Source: Scenedesmus sp. PABB004
Taxonomy: Eukaryota
DNA length: 64,000 nucleotides
Assembly: GCA_014905635.1 (NCBI GenBank)
Contig: JABVCE010000007.1
Location: 992,001-1,056,000 of the forward strand
Reading direction: 5' to 3'
Below, in pieces: positions 1-12,303 of this stretch. Positions within the stretch are counted from its first letter, which is position 1. The number at the start of each line of letters is the position of its first letter. The notes below the pieces were generated by a model. The model ran no database searches. It was not told the origin of the DNA and saw only the letters and a program-made list of their open reading frames with translations. Made by a program: the position numbers and the translations under genes.

Positions 1-445
1 AAAAGGCGTTCCGCAGCAGGTGTTTGACCGCGGCCTTGCTCGCCGCTGCGGCGCCCCTGCCGTCCTTGCGCACCGCAGGGCTGGCCTCACGCGCAGTCTG
101 CGCCGCCGCTGCCGCGGTCGCCGCCGACTCTGCCTGAGCCCGCCTCTGGCGCAGGCCCGTCACCAGTCGCCGGACCTGCGCGCTGAGCTGGCTGCCGTCG
201 GCCTCCGCGGCGGCGCACGCAGCGGCGGCGGCGGCAGCGGCCTCCGCCTCCGCCTGTGCCGTTGCTGCTGCGGCCGCGGCCTCTGCCGCTGCGCGCTCGA
301 CCCGCTGCTGCTGCCCCGGCGTGCCCGCGTTGGCCGCCAGCCTGTTGAAGTGCCCTGCGCGCGCGGCCGCCGCGCGCTGCTCCGCGGAGAGGTCGGCGAC
401 CGCCGCCTCGCGCCACCGGGTGCGGCGCGGCGCTGGCGCCGCCAT
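1..445 (-). CDS. 5' part of an unknown Ala-rich protein, running off the left edge
   Basis: ATG at 445 (MAAPAPRRTRWREAAVADLSAEQRAAAARAGHFNRLAANAG...) stays open to position 1 and lies just downstream of the SR gene poly(A) signal; no recognisable domain. Confidence 0.4.
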   Translation of the reverse strand, partial: MAAPAPRRTRWREAAVADLSAEQRAAAARAGHFNRLAANAGTPGQQQRVERAAAEAAAAAATAQAEAEAAAAAAAACAAAEADGSQLSAQVRRLVTGLRQRRAQAESAATAAAAAQTAREASPAVRKDGRGAAAASKAAVKHLLRNAF

Positions 446-627
446 GGGGCTCGCCCGGCCATGCGCGCGGACGGAGGGGCGCGGCGGGGTCACTGTCTGC
501 GCGAGGGGGCGCCGTGGTCAGGCGAACGAGCGGCGAGCGCCGCCGGCGGCCCCCGCGTCCTGAACCGCCGCTGCTGCTGCTGCCGCCGACCGCGAGCGTC
601 GCAAATCGGCGCACGAGACGGGCCCCG

Positions 628-632
628 TTACA
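628..632 (-). terminator. TGTAA polyadenylation signal of the SR gene
   Basis: TTACA on + strand ~130 nt past the SR stop; TGTAA is the chlorophyte poly(A) signal. Confidence 0.55.
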
Positions 633-761
633 AACCGCCCTCTCATCCCACCAACAGTTCACATTCTGGCAGCCCCGCCCTCGCCGTAGCCCCCCGTCGG
701 TCATCGGTCAGGTGCGCGTTGCGCTGCGCGAGCAGCCCCAGGGTCACCGAACGCCCGCGCG

Positions 762-2559
762 TCACGCGAGGCTGCGGCTGCGGCTCCGGCTGCGGCTCAG
801 GCTCCTGCTCGCCTCGCGCCGGGCCGGGCTCGCGCTGCCCGGGCGCGCGGGGCTCGCGCTGGCGCCGCGGCGCGCGGGGCTCGCGCTGGCGCCGCGGCGC
901 GCGGGGCTGCGCCCGCGGCTGCGGCTGCGCGACTTGTCGCCGCCGCGCGCGGGGCTGCGGCTGCGGCTGCGCGCCTTGTCGTCGCCGTCGCCGCCACCGC
1001 CGCGCGCGGGGCTGCGGCTGCGCGACTTGTGGCCGCGCGAGCGCGAGCGCGAGCGGCTGCCGCCGCGGTCCCGCGTGTCCACCTTGACACGAATGTAGCA
1101 CCTGGGCGCGCCGCGGCGCGCGCGGCTCGGCCGGCGGCCCCGCTTGCGGCCGGGGCCGCAAGCGCGCGCTGCCCCTCGCGCCGTGCGGCCCGCGCCGCAC
1201 TTGTCAAAGGGGTTTTTGAACTCGGTGTCGTCGAGGCGGCGAATCGCGGCGGCCATGTCCTCCGCGGTCGTGTAGTCCACCAGGCCCGTGAGGCTGTCGC
1301 CGTCCTTGATGACCTGCGGGCGCGGCGGCAAAGGGCGTGGGCGCCGGGGCGCGGCGCCGGGGCGCGGGCGCGGGCGCGGGCACCGGGGCGCGGGCGCCGG
1401 GGCGCGGGCGCCGGGGCGCGGGCGCCGGGGCGCGGGCGCCGGGGCGCGGGCGCCGGGGCGCGGGCGCCGGGGCGCGGGCCGCGGGCTGCGCTGGGCACCT
1501 GCGCAAAGGTGACGTCGCCTGCCTTGCGCATGTGGTCCTTGAGGTCCTGCCAGGAGCACGTGATGGGCAGGCCGGTCACGATGACGCGGTGCGCGGTGCG
1601 CCGCGACGTGCTGCCGCCGCCGCCGCCGCCGCCGGTGCGGACGTAGCCGCCGCCGCCGCCGCCGCCGCGGGCGTAGCCGCCGCCGCCGCCGCCGTCGTAG
1701 CTGCGCACGCAGGCGGGCAGCGCGGTGAGCGCGGCGGCGGGGCTGCGGAGGGCGCGTCAGCGCGCGGGCGCACGAGCGCGCCGCGGCCTCGTGCGCACCG
1801 GCCGCCGCCGCCGCCGCCGTAGCCGCCGCCACCTCCGCCGTAGCCGCCGCCGCCTCCGCCGTAGCCCCCGCCGCCGCCACCGCCGTGACCGCCGCCGCCG
1901 CCGGCGCCGCCGCTGCCGAGGAAGGCGCCGCCGGGGCCACGCCGGCCGCCGCCGCGCGAGAGCTCGACCTGCGCGCGGCGGCGCGGTGCGGCGCGGCGCG
2001 TCGGTCCGCCGCGGTGCGCCGGCCTGCGCCGCCGGCGCCGCCGCGCGCCGGGGCCCGCCGTGCGCCGGGGCCCGCGCGGCGCGCGCGCGCACGCGCAGGC
2101 GGCGGCCGAACGCCTCGCGGCCGTCGTTGCGCTTGACGGCGTCGTACGCGTCGTCGGGGTGGTTGAACTCGACAAACGCAAACGACGGCGCGCCGGGCGG
2201 GTGCCCGGGCTTGATGTCGATCGAGGCGATGCGGCCGGAGCGATAGAAGATGTCCTCGAGCTCCTGCGAGGCGGGGGCGGGGGCGTAGGGGTGTGGGCGC
2301 GGGAGAGGCGGCGGCGGCGGCGCGTGCGGCGGGGCCGACGGTCGCGTGCGGGCGCCGGCCGCGCGGCGCGCGCGCTCACGCGCTCGCGGATGTCGCCTGC
2401 GCGCGGCGCGGCGCGGCGCGGCGGGCGGCGGCGGTGAGGCGACGGCCGGCGACGGCAAGGCGGCGGCGGCGTGGAGGCGGCGCTGCGGCCACCAGGCCAG
2501 TGCGCGCGTGCCGCGTGCCGCGCACCCGGCAGGCCGGCGACGTAGACCACGCACGTCAT
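762..2559 (-). CDS. Ser/Arg-rich splicing factor, SRSF1/SR34-like (RRM, Gly linker, pseudo-RRM, RS domain); multi-exon
   Basis: Spliced peptides [35 protein letters not shown]...[51 protein letters not shown] (SWQDLKD signature), [29 protein letters not shown] tail ending at TGA 762-764. Confidence 0.93.
1383..1480. repeat. Intronic 14-bp tandem repeat (GGGGCGCGGGCGCC) x~7
   Basis: Directly visible tandem copies inside an SR-gene intron. Confidence 0.85.
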
Positions 2560-3148
2560 GGCTCAGTCAGTCCGTCGCCTGGTCGTGGGCGCGGCGGCGG
2601 CACGCGCGCAGCAGCAGCAGCGGCGGGCGTCGGCCGCCGCCCGCGGTGGCCCGCGCATCAGCCGTGCTCGTCGCGGCGCGTCAGCCGGCGGCGATCCAGG
2701 CGCGTCCGATCCGCCGCGTCCGCGAGCGCGAGGCGCCGCCAGAGCTCGCGTCCCCCGGCCGGCGCGCGCCAGCTCGCGTCCCCGCCTCCGCGCGCGCGCG
2801 TCCCGTCCACGACCGCGCGCGGCGCCGCGATCCCCCATCCGTCCGCGTGTGGGCGGGCGGCCTGGGGCCGCAGGGCGCGGCGCGGCATCCGCGCGCATCA
2901 ACGCCCCGCCCCGCGCGCTGCGGGGTCGTGCGTGGCAGGTCGCCGGCTCAGCGCAACGGGATCACTGCCCACCACTCGGGGGCCGCACCTGCTGGGCGAT
3001 CGAAGAGCTGGGTGGACCAGGAGCAGGCCTTGCTGCTTGCAGCGGCGGCGTCCGGGCCACGCGGCTGTGAGTGCGGCTGTGTGTGAGTGCGGCGGCGCAA
3101 GCAAGCCCTCATTGCACGAGCAGCCAGGGGCGCCGCGTCGCACGGCAC

Positions 3149-6100
3149 TCAACCCTGAGCCCCGGCGCCGCCTGGCGGCTGCTGCTGCGCCGCCCCGCCC
3201 GGCGCCGCCGCCGCCGCCGCCGCCGGCTGCTGCGCCCCGCCGCCGCCGTCCCGCGCGGCCGGCCGGCCGCCGGCGTAGGCGCCGGCCGCCGCCGCCTGCT
3301 GCTGCTGGCGCCGCAGCAGCAGCACGCCCGCGAGCGACGCCAGCAGGATCGTGAGCAGCACCGAGTCGGGGTCGGCCGCGCCCAGCGCGCCCCACACGCC
3401 GCCGCCGCCGCCGTTGCCGCCGCCGCGCTTGTGGCGCGCCTTGGCGGCGCTGCTCCCGGGCGGCGCGCCCGCTGCCGACGGCGTCGTGCGCGCCGCGGCG
3501 CCGGCGGGCGGCAGCTGCAGGCCGTCGCGCATGTGCAGCACGGCCGGCAGCTGCCCCGACTGCCGCGCGACCGCGTCGCGCAGGCGCGCGAGTGCCGCCG
3601 CGGCACGCCACGCCGCGCAGCGCCCCAGCACCGCGGCCGCGGCGCGTTCGAGCCGCATCACCGCCGCCACGACCTGCACCGGCGCGCGCATGTGGTCCTC
3701 CGCCTGGCCCAGCGCGCGCGCGAGCAGCGCGTCGGCCTTGCTCCCGTTGGCCGGCAGCTCCTCGCCGCGCGCCCACAGCCACGCGAGCTCGACCGACGCC
3801 TCGGGGTCGCCCAGCAGCGACGCCTCGGCCAGCCACGCAACGGCGGCGCGGCGCGCGCGCACCCGCAGCGCGCACAGCGCCGCGACGCCGCGGCCGCCGG
3901 CCGCCTCGCCCTCGGCGGCCGCGCCGGCAGCCGCTGCTGCCTCGCCACCGCCGCCGTCGCCGCCGCTGCTGCCGCCGCCGCCGCCGCCGTCATCGCTGCA
4001 CGGCCCCGTGCTGCTGCAGCTCGTGAGCACGTGGCGCGCGGCCGGCGCAAGCGCGTGCCGCGTGCGCCCGGTGGCGAGCGTGGCGCCGCCGACGGGCGGC
4101 ATGAACGCGTCCGGGTCTGCCAGCAGCGCCTGGTGCAGCAGCGGCACGCGCGGCTGCGGCGCCAGCGGCGGCGGCGGCGGCTCGCCCCCGCCCGCCGCCG
4201 CCGCGTCCCCGGCGGGCCCCGAGGCGCTGCCAGCTGCAGCGCCGCCGCCGTCCCCGCCGCTGGCTGCAGCGCCGCCGCCGCTGTCGCCGCCCGCCGCGCC
4301 GCCGCCAGCGGCCACAGTGGCGCCTGCGACCGGCGGCGGCGGCGCCCGCGCCGCGAGGCCGGCCTGCGTCGGCTCCAGTACCACCGACTCGTCCAGCAGC
4401 AGCTGCGCCAGCTGCAGCATGCTGGTGGTGTGATTGAGCATCGCGGAGCTGCGACAGTGCGCGCCGCGGCAGCGTCGGCGGTCAGCCCGCGCGCGGCAGC
4501 CCACGCACGCGGCAGCCCACGCACGCGGCAGCCCTCGCGCGCGACAGCCCTCGCGCGCGGCCGCGCACCGCTGCAGCATGTCTGCCGCCGCCGCGAGCGC
4601 GCGCGGGCCGCCCGCGCCCTCGCCGCGCAGCAGCGCCCACGCCGCGTTGGCGGCCGCCGCCTCTGCGCCGCTCTCCGCGAGCTCCAGGAAGCGCAGCAGC
4701 GCCGACGTGCGCGCGTGCGACGGCGGCGCGGGCGCCAGCGGCGACGCGGCCGCGTCGTAGTCTCGCAGCGCCGCCGCCGACGCGTCGAGCCACGCGCTGC
4801 GCGACGACACAAACTGCCAGAGGTGGCGCTCCGCGGCGCCGCAGTTGTAGCCCGCGCCGCCGTGCGCTGCGGCGGCGCGCGGCGGGCGTCAGCGCGGCGG
4901 CGGCGTGCGGCGCCGCACGCGGGCCCCGTGCGCTGTGGCGCTGTGGCACTGTGGCGCGCGCCCACCTTTGTCCTTGAGGTGCAGCAGCGCGATGGAGTAT
5001 GGCGCCTTCCAGTGGCCCAGCGCGTACGCGCGCTCATAGTGCTTCAGCGCCGCGCCCGCGTCGCGCGGCGTGCCGAGGCCTGCGCGCCCGCCGGGCGCCG
5101 CGCGGCGCGCGGGCGCGGGCGCGGCGTCATTCGGTGGTTCAACGGGCGCCGGGGGCGGCAAGAGCGGCGCGGGCCGCGGTGGCGGCGCGGCGCACCCGCG
5201 GCGGCGAGCTGCCCGAGGTTGAAGTGCGACTCGGCGTTGCTCAGCCCCGCGCCGCGCTCGAACCAGCGCCGCGCCGCCGCGACGTTGGGCGGGCCGCCGT
5301 CGGCGCCGTGGAACGCGAGCACGCCGAGCCCGTTGGCGGCCGCGCCCACGCCGCGCTCGAGCGCGCGCTTGAAGTAGGCCTGCGCGCGGCGCGGGGCGCG
5401 GGGCTCGGCGCTGCGCGGCGCGGCGCGGCGCGGCGCGGCGCGGCGCTGGGGGCCGCCCGCGGCGCGCACCTGCGCGCGCTGCGGGTCGCGCGGGCCCGCG
5501 AGGCCGCGCAGCGCCATGTACCCGAGGTTGTACAGCGCGTACGCGTCGCCGCCGTCCTGCAAAGCACCACCCGGGCGCGCGCGCGGGCGGGCGGCGGCCG
5601 CTCGCCGCTTGCGGCCGCTTGCGGCGCGCGCGGGCGGCGCGCGTGCGCGTGCGCGGTGCGCGTGCGCGGGCGCGGGCGCCGCGCGCACCGCGGCGGCGAC
5701 AAAGTCGTGCAGCGCGCCCGTGGGGTCGGCCGGCATGCCCCTGCGGCGCGGCGCGGCGCGGCGGCGTGGGCGGCGGCGCGTCCGCCGCCGCGCCAGCCGG
5801 CCCCGGCGCGCCAGCGCGTGCCGTCACAACGCGCGCGCACCGTCCGATGAGCTTCCGGTAGCCCAGGCGGCGCAGGCTGTACGCGTCGCCGTGCAGCGCC
5901 GCGTCGGCGGCGAGCTCCGCGCCGAGCTCCGCGTCGTCCGGCGGCGGCGCGGGGCTGCCCGCGTCGACGTGGCGCTCGCGCAGGCGAACGAGGTCCGCCA
6001 CGGCGTCCATGTTGCTCGCCTGCGCGCCGGCGGCAAGGCATGCCCGCGGCGCGGCGTGAGCGGCGGCGCGCGGCGGCGGCGCGTGCATGCGCGCCCCGGC

Positions 6101-6937
6101 CCGGCGCCGCGGCGCGCCTTCTCCGCCTGCGCCAGGACGGCGGCCGCGGCCTGCTTGAGCCACGCGAGGCCCTTGGGGCAGCTCGGCGCGACGCCGCCGC
6201 GGCCGAGCAGGTAGCGGTCGGCAAGCGCCAGCTGCGCCTCGACGTAGCCCACGCGCGCGGCGGCCTCCAGCCACTGGAGCTCGCGCCGCTCTGCCGCGGG
6301 CGGCTGCGCGGCGCCGTCGCCGTCGCCGTCACGGTCGCCCGCGCCGGGCGGCGGCGGCGGCAGGTGCTCGGCGACCAGCCCCGACGCGGAGAGTGCAGCG
6401 AGGATGAAGCCGGCGCGGCCGAGCGGCCGCCACGCGGCCGCGTGGCGCCTGCCGTGCCGCGCGCGCCGCGCGAGCGGCCCGGCGCCGCCGCTGGCCGCGC
6501 CGCCGGCGGCCTTCAGCCCGTGCGCGCGGCTGCGCAGCGCCGTGCGCGACTGAGCCCGCGGCTGCGTGTGCGCGCGCAGCGCGTCGGCGACCTCCACGAG
6601 CAGCCGCAGCCCGCCCGGCACGTCCATGCCCGCGGCGCCGCCGCCGTGCAGCAGTTCCTCGCCGAGCGCCAGCCGCTCGCCGAGGCGCCCCGCCAGCGCG
6701 ATGCCGTCGTCATCATCCCCGGGCACAGCTGCGTCGGGCACCGGAGGGCCGCCGTCGCCGCCTGCGGCGGCGGGCGCGGCCTGAGCGCGGAGCAGCGGCG
6801 GTTGCGGGCGCGCGCCGGCGCCGCGCCGCACCCGCGGCGCCGCCGGCCGCCGCCGTCGCGGCGGCGCAGGCCAGGGCGAGGCCGAGCGCCAGCCAGGCGG
6901 CGGCACTGGCCCTGGGCGCCCGCCGCTGCGCCCGCAT
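3149..6937 (-). CDS. HRD3: HRD3/SEL1L-like ERAD component (signal peptide, SEL1-like repeats, C-terminal TM); multi-exon
   Basis: N-terminal hydrophobic AAAWLALGLALACAA; SEL1 repeats (EAQLALADRYLLGRGGVAPSC, ALYNLGYMALRGLAG, AANGLGVLAFHG, SHFNLGQLAAAGLGTPRD, GHWKAPYSIALLH); C-terminal TM DSVLLTILLASLAGVLLLRR. Confidence 0.82.
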
Positions 6938-7301
6938 CGGCAGCAAGGGGGGCAAAAAGGCCGTGGGCTGGCCTGGGCGCGCGTGCTGTGCGGGCCGCAC
7001 GCGCGCGCGGCTGCCCGGCGGCCTGCGAGGCGCCGCGGGCGAGGCGCCCACCAGGCCGCAGGCCGAGGGCAGAGGGAGCGGCGGCCGCTGCTGGTTTTGC
7101 CGCGGAGCGAGCGCCCTCGTGCGGCTGCCCGACGCCCTGCGCCACTCTTCTCCCGCAGGCGCTGCACCAGCGCGGGCCGAGCCTCGCACGGCCCGCCAGC
7201 ACCACCACCGCGGCGCAGGGCCCTCTCCGCGCGCGCTCGCGCCAGGATCGGCGCGGCCCGCTGGTGCCGCCGCTGGGCGAGTCCCTGAGGCGCCACACGC
7301 C
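6938..7301. promoter_or_regulatory. Short bidirectional intergenic region between divergent HRD3 and mTERF genes
   Basis: ATGs at 6937 (-) and 7302 (+) are ~365 bp apart, head to head. Confidence 0.55.
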
Positions 7302-9304
7302 ATGCCCCGGCCGGCCGCCGCGGCGCGGCAGGCGGGCTGCATCGCCCGCCTGCTGGCGTGCGCAGGGGCGGCCCCCTCCGGGCTCCCCGCCGGCGCCAGC
7401 GCCGGCGCACGTGGCGCCAGCGGCCTGTCGGCGGCTGCCGCGGCGCGGCAGGCCGCGGCGGCGCCCGGGGGCGCGGGCATCCCCGGGCGCAGCAGCAGCG
7501 CCGCCCCGGCGTGCGAGCAGGGCCACTGGGACGCCGGCGTGCTGGAGGGGCACAACTTCGTGCTGTGGCAGCAGGTGGCCGGCCTGAGCGCCGCGCAGGC
7601 GCGCGCGCTGCTGGCGGACGAGGCGCCGGCGCTGGCGGCATTCCTCGCGCCGGGCACGTTCAGCGCGGCCGCGCTCGCGCGCAACACGCACGCCCTGCGC
7701 GCCCTGGGCTGCCTCGGCGGCGCGGAGCTGCCGCCGCGGCTGCGCGGCGTGCTCGCGCTCGCGCCGCCGCGCGCAGTGGAGCAGGCGCTCGCGGCGCGGC
7801 GCCTCGCGGCGCAGCCGGGCGCGCCCGCGCCGGCGGCGGCGCTCGCGGAGCACCTGCAGGCGCTCATGTCGCAGGCGGGGCGGCGGCAGCTGTCGCCGCA
7901 GCGGGCGCAGGCGGCGCAGGTCGCGCAGCTGCTGCCGCTGCTGCGCGCGCGCGCCGAGCAGCAGCGCCAGCCGGCGCCCGGCGCCGCGGCGCAGGGCGGC
8001 CGCGACGCGCCGTGGGAGGCAGTGGCGCTGGCGGTGATGCGCGGCCTCGGCCTCGTGGCGCAAGAGGGCGCCGCGCCGCGCGCCGCGCCGGCCAGCGCCG
8101 GCGACACGGGCGGCAGCCCCACCGCCGCGTGGGCGGGCGGCGCCGCGGGCGCGCAGCTGGCGCCGGCGGCGGCACAGCAGCAGCAGCAGCAGCAGCAGCG
8201 CGCCTACACCACGGCGGCGCAGCAGCAGGTCGCGGCGTCGCAGCTGGGCGGCGGTGGCGCCGCGCTGGCGGCCGCGCTGCGGCGCACCGCGCGCAGCGTC
8301 GCGTACCGGCGCCGGCCCGAGCCCGAGCCCGGCGCGGCGCAGAGCCTCGCGGCGACGCTGCTCGACCACACCGGCATGGCGCCGGGCGAGGTGCTCGGCC
8401 TGCTGACGGCGCGGCCGTCCGTGCTGTGGGCGGGGCGGCAGCCCGGCGCGCTGCGCGCGCTCACCGACGCGCTCGGCCCCCACCTGGGCCCCGACGCCAT
8501 CCGCGGCCTGCTGCGCCGCTGCCCCGGGCTGCTCGCGTGCCCCGAGGAGGCGGCGGCCGCCGCGCTCGACCTGCTGCTGCGCCGGCTGCGCCTGAGCCCG
8601 GAGCAGGCGGCGGGCACGGTGCTGCGCCACCCGCGGCTGCTGCTCGCCCCGAGGGCGGCATGCTCAACGCGTGCGCGTTCCTGGTCGGCCAGGGCGTGTC
8701 GGCGCGCGACCTCGCGGCCATGGCCGCCGCCAGCCCCGCCTGGCTCACGCGGCCGCTGCCGGAGCTCACGGCGCAGTGGGCGTTCCTGACCGGCTCCGCC
8801 AAGGTGGGCGCCGGCGGCGGCGCGCACGCCCGGCGGCCGCGCCCGCACTCACAGGGCGCGCCCGCGAGCTCACACACGCACACACACCGCCGCCCGCCCC
8901 GCGCCCGCGCGCCTCGACAGGCGTCGCTGCAGGATGTGGTCATGCTGCCCGCGCTGCTGAGCCTGCCGGTCGCCAGCGTGCTCGGGCCGCGGCTGAGCTA
9001 CGCGCGGAAGCGCCAGGTCAAGCTGCTGCTGCCAAGCCACGCGGCGCTGCTGCCGCCGCTGCCGCAGCAGCAGTGGCAGCAGCACCGGCTCGCGCCGCTC
9101 GAGTTTTGGGTGACCGCCCCGGAGCGCCGCATGTGCGCCGCGCTGGGCCTCGCGCACGACGACTTCACGAGGTGCGGAGGCGCGCGCGCGCCCGTGGCGG
9201 TCGCCAGCGCGCCGCGCCGCCGCGCCTCACGCGGCGCGCCCCGCGCCGACCGCAGGTTCAAGGCCGCCTGGGCGCGCGTGGACGCCGCGAGCCTGAGCTG
9301 CTGA
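7302..9304 (+). CDS. mTERF-family organellar protein; multi-exon
   Basis: Repeats such as AIRGLLRRCPGLLACP, AAGTVLRHPRLLLAP, AMAAASPAWLTRP, DVVMLPALLSLPVASVLGPRLSY match mTERF modules; Arg/Ala-rich transit-like N-terminus; TGTAA at 9383-9387. Confidence 0.75.
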
Positions 9305-9995
9305 TGCGCCGCGACTCCGCCCCGCTCAAGCCGGGGCTGACGCGTGATAGGTCCGGGGGCGCTGCAGGTGGTGTTGATGCTCTGTAAATTCCCGCGCGCG
9401 CGCCCGGCAGCCGCGAGCGAGCGCAGCCATGCGGCCAGCCGGCTCGCTCGCTGAGCGCACCGGGCGGCCCGCCGGCGGGCGCCCAGCGGTCAGTGCGGTC
9501 AGCGGCTGCAGCGCGCGGCCGCACGCGCGGTCGGCGGCCGGGCGCCGCGCACGTGCCTCGCACACCCGTGCACATTGCGCCCTGCAGCCACGCCGCGCGC
9601 GGCAGCCGGCGAGCGCGCCGTCGCCCGCGCAGCTCCGCTGCGCCGCTGAAGCGCCCGCCGCTGACGGCGAGCCTCCCGACCCCCCGGCCGGCGTGAGTCG
9701 GCGCTCCGGCCGCGCGTTCCGTCCCTCCCAGCGCCGCGGCCGCTGAGCGCCCGGGCCGCACGAGCGGCAAAAGGTGGGCGCTGCGGGCTGCTAGGCGCCG
9801 AGGCGCGCTCGCGAACGCTTTCTGGGTCTGCTTCGAAGCTCACGAGCTGAGCGGCGGAGCCGCAGCCCCCCGCCCGCCGGGCGCCGCTGCGCGCTGCTAC
9901 CCGGCCCACGCCGGCCGCCGCCGCGCCGCGGCCGCCTGCGCTCACCGTGCGCGCCCCCGCCTGCCGGCGCGCAGGCCCCGGCAGCAGCGGCGGCG

Positions 9996-11446
9996 ATGGC
10001 GCTCCGCCTCGCGTGCCGCGCCGGCGCGCGGCCCGTGCTGCGCGTCTCGCCGCCGGCGGCCAGGCGCGTGCGCGGCGCCTTCCGTGGTGTGGCGCCGCCG
10101 AGGACCAGCCATGTCCAGCCGCAGGCGGCCAGCCTCGCCTCGGCCCTGCCGCCACCCGCTCAGCGCGCGCGCCAGCCTTGCCCGCCGGCGGACGTCTTCA
10201 TTGAGGGCAGGCTGTGCGCCGAGCTGGTGGGCCTGGAGCAGCTGCTGGAGCGCATGCGGGTGCGCGCCCCCGCTTGGGTGCACGGCGCGCGCGCGAGCCG
10301 CGCTGCGCCTGCCTCGTCCGACAACGCGGCTGCGCTGGCGCCGCGCAGGCGGCCGGCGCGGCGTTTTGCAGCGCGTTCACCACGCGCGGGGCAGCCAGCG
10401 CCGGCGGGGTCCAGGTCCAGCGCGTGGCCCTGGTCGAGGGCGGCCAGCTCGTGCACGGCAGCAAGGACGCGACGCTGGACGCGCTGAGCAGGGCCTGTGG
10501 CGGTCACCCGGGGCTGTACCTGTGCGTGCTGCGCGGCGCGGGCAACGCCACCGCCGTGTACCACGGCACGTCGGGCAACCTCCTGGACCGCCTGTCCGGC
10601 TACCTGCACGTCGCGCCGGACGGGCACAGCGTGCTGGGCTTTGGCGACAAGGGCACGGCGGACAAGTACAACCAGATGCAGGACGTGCTGCTGCGCAACA
10701 GGCTGGCGCTGGACCTCTGGTGAGCGCCGCGCGGCGTGGGTCCGGCGCGCGGTGGGCGCCTGCGCCGGCGGCAGCTGACACCGCCCCGCGCGCCGCCGGC
10801 CGCTGCTCGCCTGCCGCAGGGTCGCGCCCATGCCCGGCGCCGGCGAGGGCGCCGCGGCGGCCGAGGCGGCGCTGCTGCGACGCTTTGACTTCGCATACAA
10901 CAGTGCAAGCAACGGCGGCCTGCGCGACATCGACCTGGCGGGCCGCGGCCAGTCCAAGCTCATGCTGCCGGTCGACGTCAGTGCGCTCGAGGTGGAGGCG
11001 GCGCTCGCAGTCGCGCTGCGCGGCAAGCGCCTCAACCGGCTGAAGGTGCTCTGCCTGCGCATGGGCATGAAGGTGCCCTCGGCCGCGCCCAAGCGCGAGG
11101 TCATGGTGCGACGGCGGGCGGCCTGGGCGCGCAGCGCGGCGGGGGCAGCGCCCTGCTCGCCGCGCTGCTGCGCCGCCGCTCACCCCAGCGCCGCCGCCGC
11201 TGCCTGCGCGCGCGCGCCCAGGCCCTGCTCGAGTCGCGCGTGATGGAGGCCGCCGGCGGCGACGCGCGCCGCGCGCCGGTGGTGGCGGCTGCTGAGCTGC
11301 AGAGCTGGGACCTGTGGCCGCCGGGCTTCCACGAGGGAGCCTACAAGTATGAGCTGGAGGAGTACTGCCGCGAGCACCACCTGGACTGCAGCGGCCGCAA
11401 GAAGGACCTGCGCGCGCGCGTGGCGGAGCACGTCGCGCGCCGCTGA
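9996..11446 (+). CDS. GIY-YIG nuclease-domain protein (EFFECTOR OF TRANSCRIPTION-like) with C-terminal SAP-like domain(s), copy 1; exons 9996-10259, 10349-10719, 10820-11105, 11222-11446
   Basis: GT-AG splicing keeps the frame; motifs PGLYLCVL...VYHGTSGNLLDRLSGY and LWVAPM...AAEAALLRRFDFAYNSASNGGLR resemble the plant ET GIY-YIG domain; C-terminal YKYELEEYCREHHLDCSGRKKDLRARV fits the SAP consensus. Confidence 0.75.
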
Positions 11447-12303
11447 GCGCGGCGGGGTGCGCGGTCGCCGGACCCGCGGCGCTGCGCGGCGCGCGCGGCG
11501 CGCGTCTTGGGCGTGAGTGTGACGCGGCAGTGTTGATGGCTGCAAGTGCGGCCGGCGCGGCGGGAGGTCGGGATCGGTGCAGCAGGAGCTCGGGGTGCGC
11601 GGAGCGCCATCGCGTGCGCGCGCCCAGAAAGAAGCCAGCCGCGCATGCCGCTGGCGGTGCCGGGCGTTGTGCAACGGGCGGGCTGGTAATCATCAGTTGC
11701 TGGTTGCGCTTGACGCACGCCCACGCGGGCTAAGAGCGGCCGGGCTTGCCGCGCGCGCCGTCGGGCGGCGGCGCCGGCGGCGGCGGCGACGGCGGCGGCG
11801 GCGGCGGCGGAGTTGGCACCACCGCGCGTGCCTCGCAGACCCGTGTGCGCGCCCTGCAGCCACGCGCGCCAGCCAGCGAGCGCGCCCGCGGCCGCGCAGC
11901 TCCGCTGCACCGCCGAAGGGCCAGCCGCTGACGGCGGGCCCCCCGACCCTTCGCGAGTCGTGAGTTGCGCTTGGGACGTGGTTTCCGTCCCTCCGGCCCA
12001 GCGCCACGGCCTCAGCGCCTTCGCAGCGAGCGGGAGCGGCGAAAGTGTCGCCGCGGCAAAAGGTGGGTGCTGCGGGCTGCTAGGCGCCGGGGCGCGCTCG
12101 CTACCGCTTCCTGGATCTTCTTAGAAGCTTTTGGGCTGCGTGGCGAAGGCGCAGCCCCCGCGCCCGCTGGCCGTCGCCGCTGCGCGGGCGTGCCGCTCCC
12201 ACGCCCGCGCCGGCCGCCGCCGCGCTGCGCCGCGGCCGCCTGCGCTCACCGTGCGCGCCCCCCACCTGCCGGCGCGTGCGCAGGCCCGCATGCTGCGGCG
12301 GCG

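Noticed and set aside
9405..9465. Hairpin (GCGAGCGAGC...GCTCGCTCGC) downstream of the mTERF poly(A) signal
   Set aside because: A 10-bp GC-rich stem is expected by chance here; there is no ncRNA signature
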